Below are positions 36,023-45,268 of a stretch of DNA of 64,000 nucleotides, one piece after another. A model generated the notes under the pieces. It saw only the letters and a list, made by a program, of their open reading frames with translations. It had not been told where the DNA came from and did no database searches. Source of the stretch: a virus. Taxonomy: Duplodnaviria > Caudoviricetes. Location of the stretch: positions 2,456 through 66,455 of the IMG/VR virus record IMGVR_UViG_3300010429_001356, one strand, 5' to 3'. A program made the position numbers and the translations under genes. The number at the start of each line of letters is the position of its first letter. Positions within the stretch are counted from its first letter, which is position 1.

Positions 36023-37576
36023 GTGGAAGCCGCAACGGTCGACCTAGCTCAGTTCAAGACAGCGCCCTTCGAGCACCAGCTGCGAGAGTGGCTGGCCAGT
36101 CGAGGGGCGCATTCTCGCGCCATCTTCTGGGAGCAGGGGACTGGCAAGACCTGGCTCGCGATCAACACGGCCGCCTCGCTGTTCCGCGAGGGCAAGATCG
36201 ACGCGGTCGTGATCGTCGCCCCGAACGGCGTTCACCGCAACTGGGTGACGGAGGAGATCCCACGCCACCTGGCCGAAGACGTCTCTGGGCGGTCCCGGCT
36301 CTTCTGCTACAGGACTGACAAGGCGACGGCGAAGTGGCACCAGGACGAGTGCCTCCAGCTCCTGAAGCACCAGGGGCTGGCTTGGCTCGCCATGTCCTTC
36401 GACGCGGTCGTGACCGACCCGATCATGGAGCGGGACAAAGACACGGGCTCCCGCCGCACGGTCTGGCGGGGCGGCAAGAAGTTCCTCTGGGACTTCCTGT
36501 CCACCCGGAAGGTGCTGTACATCGTCGACGAGGCTCGCCGCATCAAGAACCCGAAGGCCGACCGCACCAAGGTCGTCGTCAAGAGCGGTCGCTACGCCCC
36601 GTACCGCCGGATCCTGAACGGCACCCCGGTGCCGAACGGCCCATTCGACCTGTTCCCTCAGCTGCAGTTCCTGGACGAGAAGTTCTGGGATCAGCATGGC
36701 GTCGGCCTGTGGACGACCTACAAGGCGTTCTTCGGCCGGTTCCAGAGGGCGCAGGTGCGCAACAAGCAGGGCAAGCTCGTCGAGTTCGATCAGCTCATCG
36801 GCTACCAGAACCTCGACATCCTGAACCGCATCGTCGACACCATCGGCACCCGGGTGCTGAAGGAAGACGTCCTCGACCTGCCGCCGAAGGTCTACACCAG
36901 ACGCGAGTTCGACCTCACCGACACTCAGGCGAAGGCGTACAGGGCCATTCGCGACGACTTCATGGTCATGCTGGAGGGCGGCCAGCTCGTGACGGCCCCG
37001 CTCGCACTGACGCGGCTCCTCCGCCTCCAGCAGGTCGCCAGCGGGTTCGTCGCGACCGACGACGGCGAGCCAGCGGTCGACATCGGCAAGGTCAACCCGC
37101 GGCTGGACCTCGTGCTCGAGATCGCGGAAGACCTTCCCCACAAGGCCATCATCTGGACGAAGTTCCGCCGCACAGTCGACAAGCTCATGGACGCCCTGGG
37201 CGAGAGGGCGGTGCGGTACGACGGCGCTGTCGACGAGGACGCCCGCGGCCGCGCGGTCACGGCCTTCAACAAGGGCGACGCCCAGTTCTTCGTGGCCAAC
37301 CAGCAGACGGCCTGCGAGGGGCTCACCCTCCTGGGCGATCAGGCCCAGGACTCGCTCGCCTGCAAGACCTCCATCATCGCGGAGCACACCTTCGACCTGG
37401 CGGTGCGGCTCCAGCTCGAGGACCGCAACCACCGCATCGGTCAGAAGTTCTCGACCGAGTACATCGACGTCTGCGGCGCGGGCACGATCGACCGGCACAT
37501 CGTGAGGGCGCTCCTCGAGAAGTTCGATGTGAGCTGCCAGGTCACGGGGGATCGCGTCAAGCAGTGGCTTGCCTAG
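36023..37576 (+). CDS. SNF2-like SF2 helicase
   Basis: EQGTGKT, IVDEA, LNGTP, QLEDRNHRIGQ; TATAGT 6 nt before GTG. Confidence 0.9.
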   Translation: MEAATVDLAQFKTAPFEHQLREWLASRGAHSRAIFWEQGTGKTWLAINTAASLFREGKIDAVVIVAPNGVHRNWVTEEIPRHLAEDVSGRSRLFCYRTDKATAKWHQDECLQLLKHQGLAWLAMSFDAVVTDPIMERDKDTGSRRTVWRGGKKFLWDFLSTRKVLYIVDEARRIKNPKADRTKVVVKSGRYAPYRRILNGTPVPNGPFDLFPQLQFLDEKFWDQHGVGLWTTYKAFFGRFQRAQVRNKQGKLVEFDQLIGYQNLDILNRIVDTIGTRVLKEDVLDLPPKVYTRREFDLTDTQAKAYRAIRDDFMVMLEGGQLVTAPLALTRLLRLQQVASGFVATDDGEPAVDIGKVNPRLDLVLEIAEDLPHKAIIWTKFRRTVDKLMDALGERAVRYDGAVDEDARGRAVTAFNKGDAQFFVANQQTACEGLTLLGDQAQDSLACKTSIIAEHTFDLAVRLQLEDRNHRIGQKFSTEYIDVCGAGTIDRHIVRALLEKFDVSCQVTGDRVKQWLA

Positions 37577-37597
37577 CGGAAGGCCGCGGGGTATCAT
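37569..37597 (+). promoter_or_regulatory. Promoter TTGCCT-N17-TATCAT
   Basis: Upstream of ORF 37620. Confidence 0.55.
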
Positions 37598-37619
37598 GAG
37601 GGGCACAGAGGAGCAACCA

Positions 37620-38165
37620 ATGTCAGCGAATCCATACGCCGCGTTCAAGGACACCGCCCGCCCGGCCGAAGAGGCCATGGCGGCGCTCCGAGCGCTGATC
37701 GATCAGGCCAAGGAGAAGGAAGCCGCCATCGAGGATCTCTCTGCCAGACTGAAGGCCGAGCAGGAGGCGCTCCGCGACCTGACCTGGACGAAGATCCCCA
37801 CGCTCATGGACGAGATGGGCGTCGAGGAGATCAAGACGCCCGACGGCATCAAGGTCAAGGTGAAGGAAGAGATCGAGGCTGGCATCAGCGCCGAGCGTCG
37901 CCCCCTGGCTCACAAGTGGCTCGAGGAGAACGGCCACGCGGGGCTGATCAAGCGGGAGATCTCCGTCGCGTTCAACCGGGACCAGTCGGAGCAGGCAGCC
38001 GAGCTCGTGAACGAGCTCCAGGGCCGCTTCGCCGGGGTCTCGCAGGACAGCAAGGTGCACCCCGCGACCCTGAAGGCGTGGGTGAAGGAGATGCTGGCGA
38101 AGGGGAACGAGCTCCCGCTCGACCTCTTCGGGGTGTTCCGTCGGCGCATCGCGAAGATGGACTAA
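37620..38165 (+). CDS. Conserved phage replication-module protein
   Basis: IPTLMDEMGVEEI..WLEENGHAGLIK..VHPATLKAWVKE; usual neighbour of the next gene. Confidence 0.7.
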   Translation: MSANPYAAFKDTARPAEEAMAALRALIDQAKEKEAAIEDLSARLKAEQEALRDLTWTKIPTLMDEMGVEEIKTPDGIKVKVKEEIEAGISAERRPLAHKWLEENGHAGLIKREISVAFNRDQSEQAAELVNELQGRFAGVSQDSKVHPATLKAWVKEMLAKGNELPLDLFGVFRRRIAKMD

Positions 38166-38168
38166 TCT

Positions 38169-38257
38169 GCAGGGGTAGCTCAGTTGGTAGAGCGCTGCTG
38201 TCCAGGGGCCACCGCCCCTGGTTGCGGAGGTCGGGGGTTCGATTCCCTCCCCCAGCG
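38169..38257 (+). tRNA. tRNA-shaped RNA with a 16-nt insertion in the anticodon loop (possible Trp-CCA origin)
   Basis: U8A9, D arm GCUC/GAGC, variable AGGUC, T arm GGGGG-UUCGAUU-CCCUC, acceptor GCAGGGG/CCCCAGC, G73; no encoded CCA. Confidence 0.75.
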
Positions 38258-38348
38258 TTGTGAAGGTTGCCGGGGCACCTGTTGGAAGCCCCGGGGTCTA
38301 ACGTCCGGGTGACTTGAAACAACCGGCGAACGTGAAAGGATCGAGATC

Positions 38349-39179
38349 ATGGCCAAGCAGAACAGCGAGATCGAAACCAAGAAGGCGGGCGGCGCGCTCG
38401 CGACCTACGACTACGGCCAGATGGCCGGGTCGGGGTTCGAGAACACCACCACCGACGACCTGTCCATCCCGTTCCTGGCTGTCCTGCAGCCCATGAGCCC
38501 GGAGGTCCAGCCCGGTGAGGACCGCGTCCAGGGTGCCGAGGCGGGCATGCTCTTCAACACCGTCACCCGCGAGCTCTTCGATCCGAAGGAGGGCGTCTGC
38601 TTCCAGCCGGTGTGCACCCAGCACTGCTTCATGGAGTGGCGTCCCCGCAACCAGGGCGGCGGCCTCGTCGCTCGCCACGCCATCGACAGCGAGGTCGTCG
38701 CCAAGGCCCAGGCCGCGGCGAAGGCCGCGAACGCCGAGTTCGGCAAGCTCAAGACGGCCGCGGGCAATGACCTCATCGAGACCCGCTACGTCCTGGGCTA
38801 CATCCTCCGCGACCCCGAGCAGAAGGAGCCCGGCGAGCCGATCATGATCGCCTTCACCTCGACCAAGATGAAGGTCTACAAGAACATCACCACGCGGCTG
38901 TACACGTTCCAGGGTCGCCCGCCGCTCTTCGCCCACCGCCTCCGCATCACCACGGTGCTGGAGGAGAACCCGAAGGGCAAGTTCTACAACTTCAAGATCG
39001 AGCCGTACTTCGGCACGATCCAGCAGTCGCTCATCAACCCCGCGGGCGATGCGGCCAAGCTCCTCACCGACGCCTCGGCCCTGAAGCAGTCCTTCGAGAA
39101 GGGCGAGACGAAGGTCAACTACGAGAAGCAGGGCGGCGCGTCCGGCGGCTCCGGCTCCGGCGAAGAAGTCCCCTTCTGA
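38349..39179 (+). CDS. ssDNA-binding/annealing-like protein
   Basis: DDLSIPFLAVLQPMSPE..EWRPRNQGGG; C-terminal SGEEVPF tail. Confidence 0.65.
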   Translation: MAKQNSEIETKKAGGALATYDYGQMAGSGFENTTTDDLSIPFLAVLQPMSPEVQPGEDRVQGAEAGMLFNTVTRELFDPKEGVCFQPVCTQHCFMEWRPRNQGGGLVARHAIDSEVVAKAQAAAKAANAEFGKLKTAAGNDLIETRYVLGYILRDPEQKEPGEPIMIAFTSTKMKVYKNITTRLYTFQGRPPLFAHRLRITTVLEENPKGKFYNFKIEPYFGTIQQSLINPAGDAAKLLTDASALKQSFEKGETKVNYEKQGGASGGSGSGEEVPF

Positions 39180-39206
39180 CCTGCACCTGACAGTTGGTAG
39201 CTCTGC

Positions 39207-39238
39207 GCCGGGGCGAGGTTCATGCGCCTCGCCCCGGC
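39207..39238 (+). terminator. 12-bp hairpin after the SSB-like gene
   Basis: GCCGGGGCGAGG/CCTCGCCCCGGC followed by CCCTTT. Confidence 0.55.
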
Positions 39239-39259
39239 CCCCTTTGGTCAGGAGGTCAG

Positions 39260-40522
39260 ATGCAGTTCTCCCCTCAGCAGGAAGAAGCCCTGCGGCGAGT
39301 GGCCCGCTGGCTCGAGAATCCCGACAAGCCCTGGTTCTACCTCGCGGGCTACGCGGGCACCGGCAAGACCACGCTGGCGAAGGAGTTCGCCTCCGGGGTC
39401 GGCGGCGGTGTCTGCTTCGCGGCCTACACCGGCAAGGCGGCCTACGTGCTTCAGAGCAAGGGCTGCGTCGGAGCCACGACGCTGCACCGGCTCATCTACA
39501 AGCCGAAGGACAAGTCGCGGCAGCGGCTCCAGGAGCTGCAGGAGCAGCTCGACGACCTGGTACACCAGCTCACCGCCGAGGAGAAGATCGGCTACCCCGA
39601 CGACCCCGGCAACCCCGCAATCGCCGAGGCCGTCAGCAGGCACCCGCAGGTCATCAAGCTGAAGGCGGAGGTCGACGCCGAGCGCTCGTCGCTGGAGCGC
39701 CCGCTGTTCGCCCTGAACCTCGAGAGCGAGGTGCGCAACGCGAAGCTCGTCATCATCGACGAGTGCTCGATGGTCGACGAGCAGATGGGCGAAGACCTGC
39801 TCAGCTTCCAGGTGCCGGTGCTCGTCCTGGGCGACCCGGCCCAGCTCCCTCCCGTGCGGGGCGAGGGGTTCTTCACGAAGCGGGAGCCCGACTTCCTGCT
39901 GACCGAGATCCACAGGCAGGCGAAGGACAACCCGATCCTCCGGCTGGCCACCGACGTGCGGGAGGGCCGCGGGCTCCCCGTGGGCGAGTACGGAGACAGC
40001 CGGGTGATCGAGCTGGCGAGCGCCGACGAGTCGCTCTACCTGGCCCACGACCAGATGCTGGTCGGCAGGAACGAGATGCGGAAGGGCTGCAACCGGAAGA
40101 TCCGGCGGCTCCGAGGCCGCGAGGCCCCGATGCCCGTGCCCGGCGACCGGCTCGTGTGCCTGCGCAACAACCACGAGGTCGGCCTCCTGAACGGCGGCAT
40201 CTGGGAGACTCAGGACGCGGTGCAGATCGACGCCGACGAGATCGGTCTCACGCTCAAGAGCGAGGACGGTGGCTCGCCCATCACGACGACTGCGCACACC
40301 CACTACTTCCTCGGGGAGAAGCCCCCGTTCTACCACATCCGCGAGCGGGACTGCTTCGACTTCGGCTACGCCCTGACCGTGCACAAGTCTCAAGGTTCTC
40401 AGTGGGACAGCGTTCTCATCTTCGACGAGAGCTGGTTCATGAAGAATCTCGCCAGGAACTGGATGTACACCGCGATCACGCGCGCTGCGAAGCGCGTGAC
40501 GATCGTCCGCCAGCGTCGCTGA
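39260..40522 (+). CDS. Dda/RecD-like SF1B helicase
   Basis: GYAGTGKT, IIDECSM, GDPAQLPPV, LTEIHRQ, YALTVHKSQGS, YTAITRA. Confidence 0.92.
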   Translation: MQFSPQQEEALRRVARWLENPDKPWFYLAGYAGTGKTTLAKEFASGVGGGVCFAAYTGKAAYVLQSKGCVGATTLHRLIYKPKDKSRQRLQELQEQLDDLVHQLTAEEKIGYPDDPGNPAIAEAVSRHPQVIKLKAEVDAERSSLERPLFALNLESEVRNAKLVIIDECSMVDEQMGEDLLSFQVPVLVLGDPAQLPPVRGEGFFTKREPDFLLTEIHRQAKDNPILRLATDVREGRGLPVGEYGDSRVIELASADESLYLAHDQMLVGRNEMRKGCNRKIRRLRGREAPMPVPGDRLVCLRNNHEVGLLNGGIWETQDAVQIDADEIGLTLKSEDGGSPITTTAHTHYFLGEKPPFYHIRERDCFDFGYALTVHKSQGSQWDSVLIFDESWFMKNLARNWMYTAITRAAKRVTIVRQRR

Positions 40523-40577
40523 CGGCTACAATCCAGTCCGCACCCACCCAAGCGAAAGAAGACGGAGGATCGACGCG

Positions 40578-42383
40578 ATGTCATACGGCCCCACCCTGCC
40601 CATCTCCCAAGAGACTCACGCTGAGAAGTATCGCCTGCCTGGCGAGAGCTTCGAGGAAGGGACGAGACGGGTTGCGGTCGGTCTTGCGGACGACAACGAC
40701 CACCTGGGCAGGCTCGCCCCCATCCTGCTGCACCAGCGGTTCATGGCGGGCGGGCGGGTCCAGGCGGCCATCGGCTCGCCCAAGGACGTCACCGCGTACA
40801 ACTGCTTCGTGTCCGGCACGATCGACGACTCGTTCGTCGAGGGTGCCGGGAGCATCATGGCTCGCCTGCACCAGGCCGCCGCGACGATGCGCAAGGGCGG
40901 CGGCATCGGATACGACTTCAGCACTCTCCGGCCGGAGAAGGCGCTGATCCGCAAGCTCATGTCGGCGAGCTGCGGCCCGATCCCGTTCATCCGCATCTTC
41001 GACGCGAACGGTCGCTGCATCAGCAGCGCCGGGCACCGCCGCGGTGCGCAGATGGGGGTGATGCGGGTCGACCATCCGAACATCCGAGACTTCATCCGCA
41101 TGAAGCAGCCTCCCGCTGAGGCCGCCCCCGTGATGGAGGCCATGGATGCCTGCGAACCGGGCAGCCCCGAGTGGATGAAGTGGTACTCCTGCCTGCAGAA
41201 GCTCCTCGACGTGAAGGGGTTCAACATCTCCGTCGCCCTGACCGACGAGTTCATGGAGTGCGTCCAGCAGGGCAGCCCGTTCAACCTCCGGTTCGGCGGC
41301 AAGGTGTACGAGACCGTCGAGGCCCGTGAGCTCTGGGAGCTCATGATGCGGTCGACGTGGGACTGGGCCGAGCCCGGCGCTCTGTTCATCGACACCATCA
41401 ACAGGATGAACAACCTGTGGTACTGCGAGCGCATCGCGGCCACGAACCCGTGCGGCGAGCAGCCCCTGCCGCCCTTCGGTGCCTGCCTCCTGGGCAGCTT
41501 CAACCTCGTGAAGTACATCGCGACTCGCAGCGACGGCACCCGGTACTTCGACTTCAACCAGCTCCGGGACGACATCCGCCCGGTGGTGCGCGCCATGGAC
41601 AACGTGGTCGACCGAACCCGTTACCCGCTCCGCGAGCAGGAAGCGGAAGCCCAGTCGAAGCGGCGGATGGGCCTCGGGGTCACGGGCCTCGCGAACGCCC
41701 TCGAGGCGCTCGGCCACCCCTACGGCTCGACCGAGTTCCTGCAGATGCAGCACCAGATCCTCTCCCTCATCGCCCGGTGGTGCTACATCGCGAGCACCGA
41801 GCTGGCGGAGGAGAAGGGCTCGTTCCCGCTGCTCGATGTCGACAAGTTCCTGCAGAGCGGCTTCATGAAGACCATGGACGAGGAGGTTCGTGACCTCGTC
41901 CGTCGCCGCGGCATCCGCAATAGCCACCTCCTGTCGATCGCCCCGACCGGGACCATCAGCCTCTCGGCTGACAACGTCAGCTCGTCCATCGAGCCGGTGT
42001 TCGCGTACCAGACCGAGCGGAAGATCAACATGCCCGGCGGCATGATCACCGAGGTGATTCCCGACTACGGGGTTGCCCAGTTCGGGGTGCGGGGCAAGCG
42101 GTGCTCCGACGTGACGGTCGCCGAGCACCTCGCCGTCCTCGAAACGGCGACCCGGCACGTCGACTCTGCGGTCTCCAAGACCTGCAACGTCCCGGCTGAC
42201 ACCCGCTGGTCCGACTTCCAGGACATCTACATGGAGGCTTGGCGCAGGGGCTGCAAGGGCATCACGACCTACCAGGTCGGGGGCCGCCGGGCGGGCATCC
42301 TCAAGTCCGCGGACGCGAAGGAGGAGAAGCCGGTGGAGGTCTGCCACGTCGATCCGAAGACTGGCGCAAGAAACTGCGAGTGA
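40578..42383 (+). CDS. nrdJ: Class II (B12-dependent) ribonucleotide reductase
   Basis: YNCFV, RRGAQMG, TNPCGEQ, CLLGSFNL, APTGTIS, KGITTY; no small-subunit gene nearby. Confidence 0.85.
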   Translation: MSYGPTLPISQETHAEKYRLPGESFEEGTRRVAVGLADDNDHLGRLAPILLHQRFMAGGRVQAAIGSPKDVTAYNCFVSGTIDDSFVEGAGSIMARLHQAAATMRKGGGIGYDFSTLRPEKALIRKLMSASCGPIPFIRIFDANGRCISSAGHRRGAQMGVMRVDHPNIRDFIRMKQPPAEAAPVMEAMDACEPGSPEWMKWYSCLQKLLDVKGFNISVALTDEFMECVQQGSPFNLRFGGKVYETVEARELWELMMRSTWDWAEPGALFIDTINRMNNLWYCERIAATNPCGEQPLPPFGACLLGSFNLVKYIATRSDGTRYFDFNQLRDDIRPVVRAMDNVVDRTRYPLREQEAEAQSKRRMGLGVTGLANALEALGHPYGSTEFLQMQHQILSLIARWCYIASTELAEEKGSFPLLDVDKFLQSGFMKTMDEEVRDLVRRRGIRNSHLLSIAPTGTISLSADNVSSSIEPVFAYQTERKINMPGGMITEVIPDYGVAQFGVRGKRCSDVTVAEHLAVLETATRHVDSAVSKTCNVPADTRWSDFQDIYMEAWRRGCKGITTYQVGGRRAGILKSADAKEEKPVEVCHVDPKTGARNCE

Positions 42384-42388
42384 CGGTG

Positions 42389-42416
42389 TTGCCTTCCTGT
42401 CGCTGACGGGTATACT
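42389..42416 (+). promoter_or_regulatory. Promoter TTGCCT-N16-TATACT
   Basis: Intergenic, near consensus. Confidence 0.75.
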
Positions 42417-42449
42417 TGTCGAGTCAGACCAGTTCAGGAGGATCTCGAC

Positions 42450-43265
42450 ATGAAGTTCAGCAGCAGCGTCGGCCCGGTCGGGCTCGAAGACATCGCGACC
42501 CTCAGCGGGTCACAACTTCTCCTCGTGCACAACGAGCTCCGTGCCGCGAACGGCGACTCGACCACGAAGAGGTTCGCGGACAGCAAGAGCGGCCGCGAGC
42601 GGACCACCAGAGCCTTCGAGCTCTGGAAGTCCCGGCAGCCCCAGCGGGCCACGCCGATCACGCCGACCATGGCTCCCGCCCCGCTCAAGGCGAAGCCGCT
42701 CCTGCGGCCGCAGGAGCCCGTCCGCGCGACCCCCGCCCCGGCAGCCCGCATCGTCTCAGCTCCCTCGGCGACCGAGGACGGGCTGATCCGCCTCCCGGCC
42801 CGCGGCGACATCCGCACCCACAAGCCGAGCACGAACCGCGGCAAGATCATCACTCTGGGCAGCCGGGAGCAGGGCGTGACGATGGCGGAGATGCGCCAGC
42901 TCACGGGTTGGGTTCCACAGCAGATCCGCTCCTGCCTCCGCCAGATCAACGACTACTCCGGCCACGGGGTCGAGGAGCGGACGCCGGACCACTTCTTCAT
43001 CACCGGCGCTCCCAGGAGCCGCAAGGAGATGAGCTGGCCCGCTCGCGGCGACATCCGCGAGCACCGCAAGGGGACGAAGCGGGCGACGGTCCTCGAGATG
43101 CTCCGTCGGCCCGAGGGCGCTTCCTTCGAGGACATCAAGGCGGCCTGCGGGTGGAACGACATCCAGGCGTACGAGGGCATCAAGCTCCTGCACGGCTACC
43201 TGGGCTACGGCATCGAGGAGAAGGGCGGGGTCATCCGAGCCTACACCAAGGAGGAGCGGAAGTGA
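42450..43265 (+). CDS. Tandem winged-HTH protein (DUF3489-like x2)
   Basis: Two repeats PARGDIR-x-H...GW...G(H/Y)G(V/I)EE; ATVLEMLRRPEGASFEDI. Confidence 0.6.
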   Translation: MKFSSSVGPVGLEDIATLSGSQLLLVHNELRAANGDSTTKRFADSKSGRERTTRAFELWKSRQPQRATPITPTMAPAPLKAKPLLRPQEPVRATPAPAARIVSAPSATEDGLIRLPARGDIRTHKPSTNRGKIITLGSREQGVTMAEMRQLTGWVPQQIRSCLRQINDYSGHGVEERTPDHFFITGAPRSRKEMSWPARGDIREHRKGTKRATVLEMLRRPEGASFEDIKAACGWNDIQAYEGIKLLHGYLGYGIEEKGGVIRAYTKEERK

Positions 43266-43555
43266 CGAGGCAAGAGCTGTCGCTCCTCCTGTTCCTCGAG
43301 ACCCAGGCCGTGGACAACGGCGGCAAGGTGCGGATCAACCGCATGAACAAGGAGGAGCTCGAGATCGCCAAGCGGTGGAACGACGAGGGCTTCCTGCAGT
43401 TCGGTCGCCTGAAGATGGCTGACATCGACAGCGAGCGGACGCAGGACGTCTCGACCCACTGGGTGCGGCTCTCCGACGTCGCCTGGACCACGGCTCATGC
43501 CGAGCGTCGGAAGCGGGCCGAGCGGTGCGAGCGCGTGAAGGAATACCCGAAGTGA
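43262..43555 (+). CDS. Hypothetical protein
   Basis: GTGA overlap; RBS GGAGGAG. Confidence 0.65.
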   Translation: MTRQELSLLLFLETQAVDNGGKVRINRMNKEELEIAKRWNDEGFLQFGRLKMADIDSERTQDVSTHWVRLSDVAWTTAHAERRKRAERCERVKEYPK

Positions 43556-43866
43556 AGTACCTCTGGGAGATCCTGGTCCCGACAGTCCGCCGCAAGGACG
43601 GCAAGCCGATCCGCACCCGGTACCACCGGGTCTGGGACGGGAAGGTCAGGGCCATCGCTGGTGGGCTGACCATACTGCAGCCCGCGAAGGGGCAGTGGGT
43701 CTCGCCCAGCGGGGAGCTCTTCTCGGAGCGCATGATCCCGGTGAGGGTCGCGTGCTCCGAGGAGCAGATCGACAAGATCGCTGACATGACTGCGGTATAC
43801 TACGACCAGCTCGCGGTGATGTACTACCGCGTGGCGGACAAGGTGACGGTGAAGCACTATGGGTAG
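43552..43866 (+). CDS. Hypothetical protein
   Basis: GTGA overlap; GGLTILQPAKGQWVS..ERMIPVR. Confidence 0.65.
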   Translation: MKYLWEILVPTVRRKDGKPIRTRYHRVWDGKVRAIAGGLTILQPAKGQWVSPSGELFSERMIPVRVACSEEQIDKIADMTAVYYDQLAVMYYRVADKVTVKHYG

Positions 43867-44155
43867 GTTCCCCGAAGAGTACATCGCCATCAGGAGCCGC
43901 ATCCGGGATCTGTACCGCGAGCTCAACACCGGAGACTACGACCGCGCGGAGGTGACGATCGGTGGGTTCGAGATCCGCCTCTGGAAGGAGACAGTCAACT
44001 GCCGGACGAGGACGATCCTCGGCTGGAAGATGCCCTGGCACAGGGGCTACAAGTACACGAACGTCCTGGAGCTCACGGAGATGCTCTACTGCTACGAGAG
44101 CGCCCGGACGTGCCCGAACCTGAAGAGGAGCAACAGTGGGAACGCGCAAGTATGA
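43859..44155 (+). CDS. Hypothetical protein
   Basis: Tightly coupled in the operon. Confidence 0.55.
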   Translation: MGRFPEEYIAIRSRIRDLYRELNTGDYDRAEVTIGGFEIRLWKETVNCRTRTILGWKMPWHRGYKYTNVLELTEMLYCYESARTCPNLKRSNSGNAQV

Positions 44156-45071
44156 CAAGCTGAGCATCGAGGACTTCGGCGCTCACCTGCTCGACAACCT
44201 CGACCTCGACCCGATCTACGTCGCCCTCAGCCGCCTCAAGTGCGTCGAGGGCGGCTGGGATCTCGCTCGCCTGAACCGCTGGCTCATCGCCTACTGGTGC
44301 TTCTACCACGCCGGGGCCGCGTGCTACATCGCGTCCCGCCCGCGGGAGGAGTTCTGGGACTGGATGGAGCGGGCCGCCGCGAACCGCGTCGAGGAGCCGT
44401 GCCCGCTGGGCGGGAACGCCGTGAACGGGGGCTGGCCCCGCGGCCACGAGCGCCGCCACTTCCGCGGAGCCCAGGGCTACACCGCGGTCAAGGAGCTGAA
44501 GGCGAAGTACCCGGAGCCCGAGGACTTCGTGGTCGCCCTCCAGAGAGTCGACGCCGGAACGAGCGTCCCGTTCTCCAAGCTCTCCGAGAAGATCCGCGAG
44601 CACAGGAGCTTCGGCCCCTGGATCGCGTTCAAGGTCGGAGACATGCTGGAGCGGGTGCTCGGCAAGCAGGTCGACTTCACCGAGGCCGAGGTGTTCATGT
44701 TCGAAGCCCCGCGGGAGGCGGCTCTCCTGCTCTGGCGCACGAAGCAGAACCTCCCAGAGGGTGCGAGGCCGAAGGACGAAACTCAGGTCATCAAGCAGGT
44801 CGTGCGGTATCTCGCCGACCACTTCAACGGCGAGCACGTGGTCGGCAACCCGCCGGTGAAGCAGAAGATCGGCTTCCGAGCTCCACCCCTCTTCGACCGC
44901 CCGCTCGGCCTGCAGGAGATCGAGACGATCCTCTGCAAGTGGAAGAGCCACATGACGGGGTCGTACCCGCTGTGGAACGACATCGACGAGATCAACTCCG
45001 GCCTCGCCCTCTGGGCCGACACGTGCCCAGCGGTCGGGGAGTTCCTCCAGCACATGCCCAAGCGCCGATGA
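44136..45071 (+). CDS. Amino acid:DNA transferase (aGPT-Pplase2 family)
   Basis: DLDPIYVAL, YWCFYH, WPRGHERRHFRG, FGPWIAFKVGDMLERV, ETILCKW; context. Confidence 0.85.
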   Translation: MGTRKYDKLSIEDFGAHLLDNLDLDPIYVALSRLKCVEGGWDLARLNRWLIAYWCFYHAGAACYIASRPREEFWDWMERAAANRVEEPCPLGGNAVNGGWPRGHERRHFRGAQGYTAVKELKAKYPEPEDFVVALQRVDAGTSVPFSKLSEKIREHRSFGPWIAFKVGDMLERVLGKQVDFTEAEVFMFEAPREAALLLWRTKQNLPEGARPKDETQVIKQVVRYLADHFNGEHVVGNPPVKQKIGFRAPPLFDRPLGLQEIETILCKWKSHMTGSYPLWNDIDEINSGLALWADTCPAVGEFLQHMPKRR

Positions 45072-45268
45072 AGAAGATCCTGCCAATCCTCCTGACGGCG
45101 GCCCTGGGTGGCTGCTCGGCAACCCCGAGCAGCCCCCGGGTGACCGCCGGTCCCGAAGTCCCGCTCGAGAGCCCGAGCGCCTGGAGGAGTGGTATCGTTG
45201 ACCAGTCCATCAGGGAAGCGCGGGAGCGGCAGCTCATCCGCGAGCTCGGCAAGGAGATCCGCAGGTGA
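45068..45268 (+). CDS. Small lipoprotein (66 aa)
   Basis: MKK, hydrophobic core, lipobox LGGC; ATGA/GTGA coupling on both sides. Confidence 0.7.
   Translation: MKKILPILLTAALGGCSATPSSPRVTAGPEVPLESPSAWRSGIVDQSIREARERQLIRELGKEIRR

Noticed and set aside
36500-36560. Helicase Walker B DEAR instead of DExH
   Set aside because: Phage SNF2-like helicases vary at this position; the other motifs are intact
38195-38227. Archaeal bulge-helix-bulge intron in the tRNA-like RNA
   Set aside because: No two 3-nt bulges around a 4-bp helix; the insert forms a continuous 8-bp stem
38265-38340. Known riboswitch or ribozyme (c-di-GMP-I, twister, hammerhead)
   Set aside because: Core consensus nucleotides could not be matched; kept only as an unnamed structure
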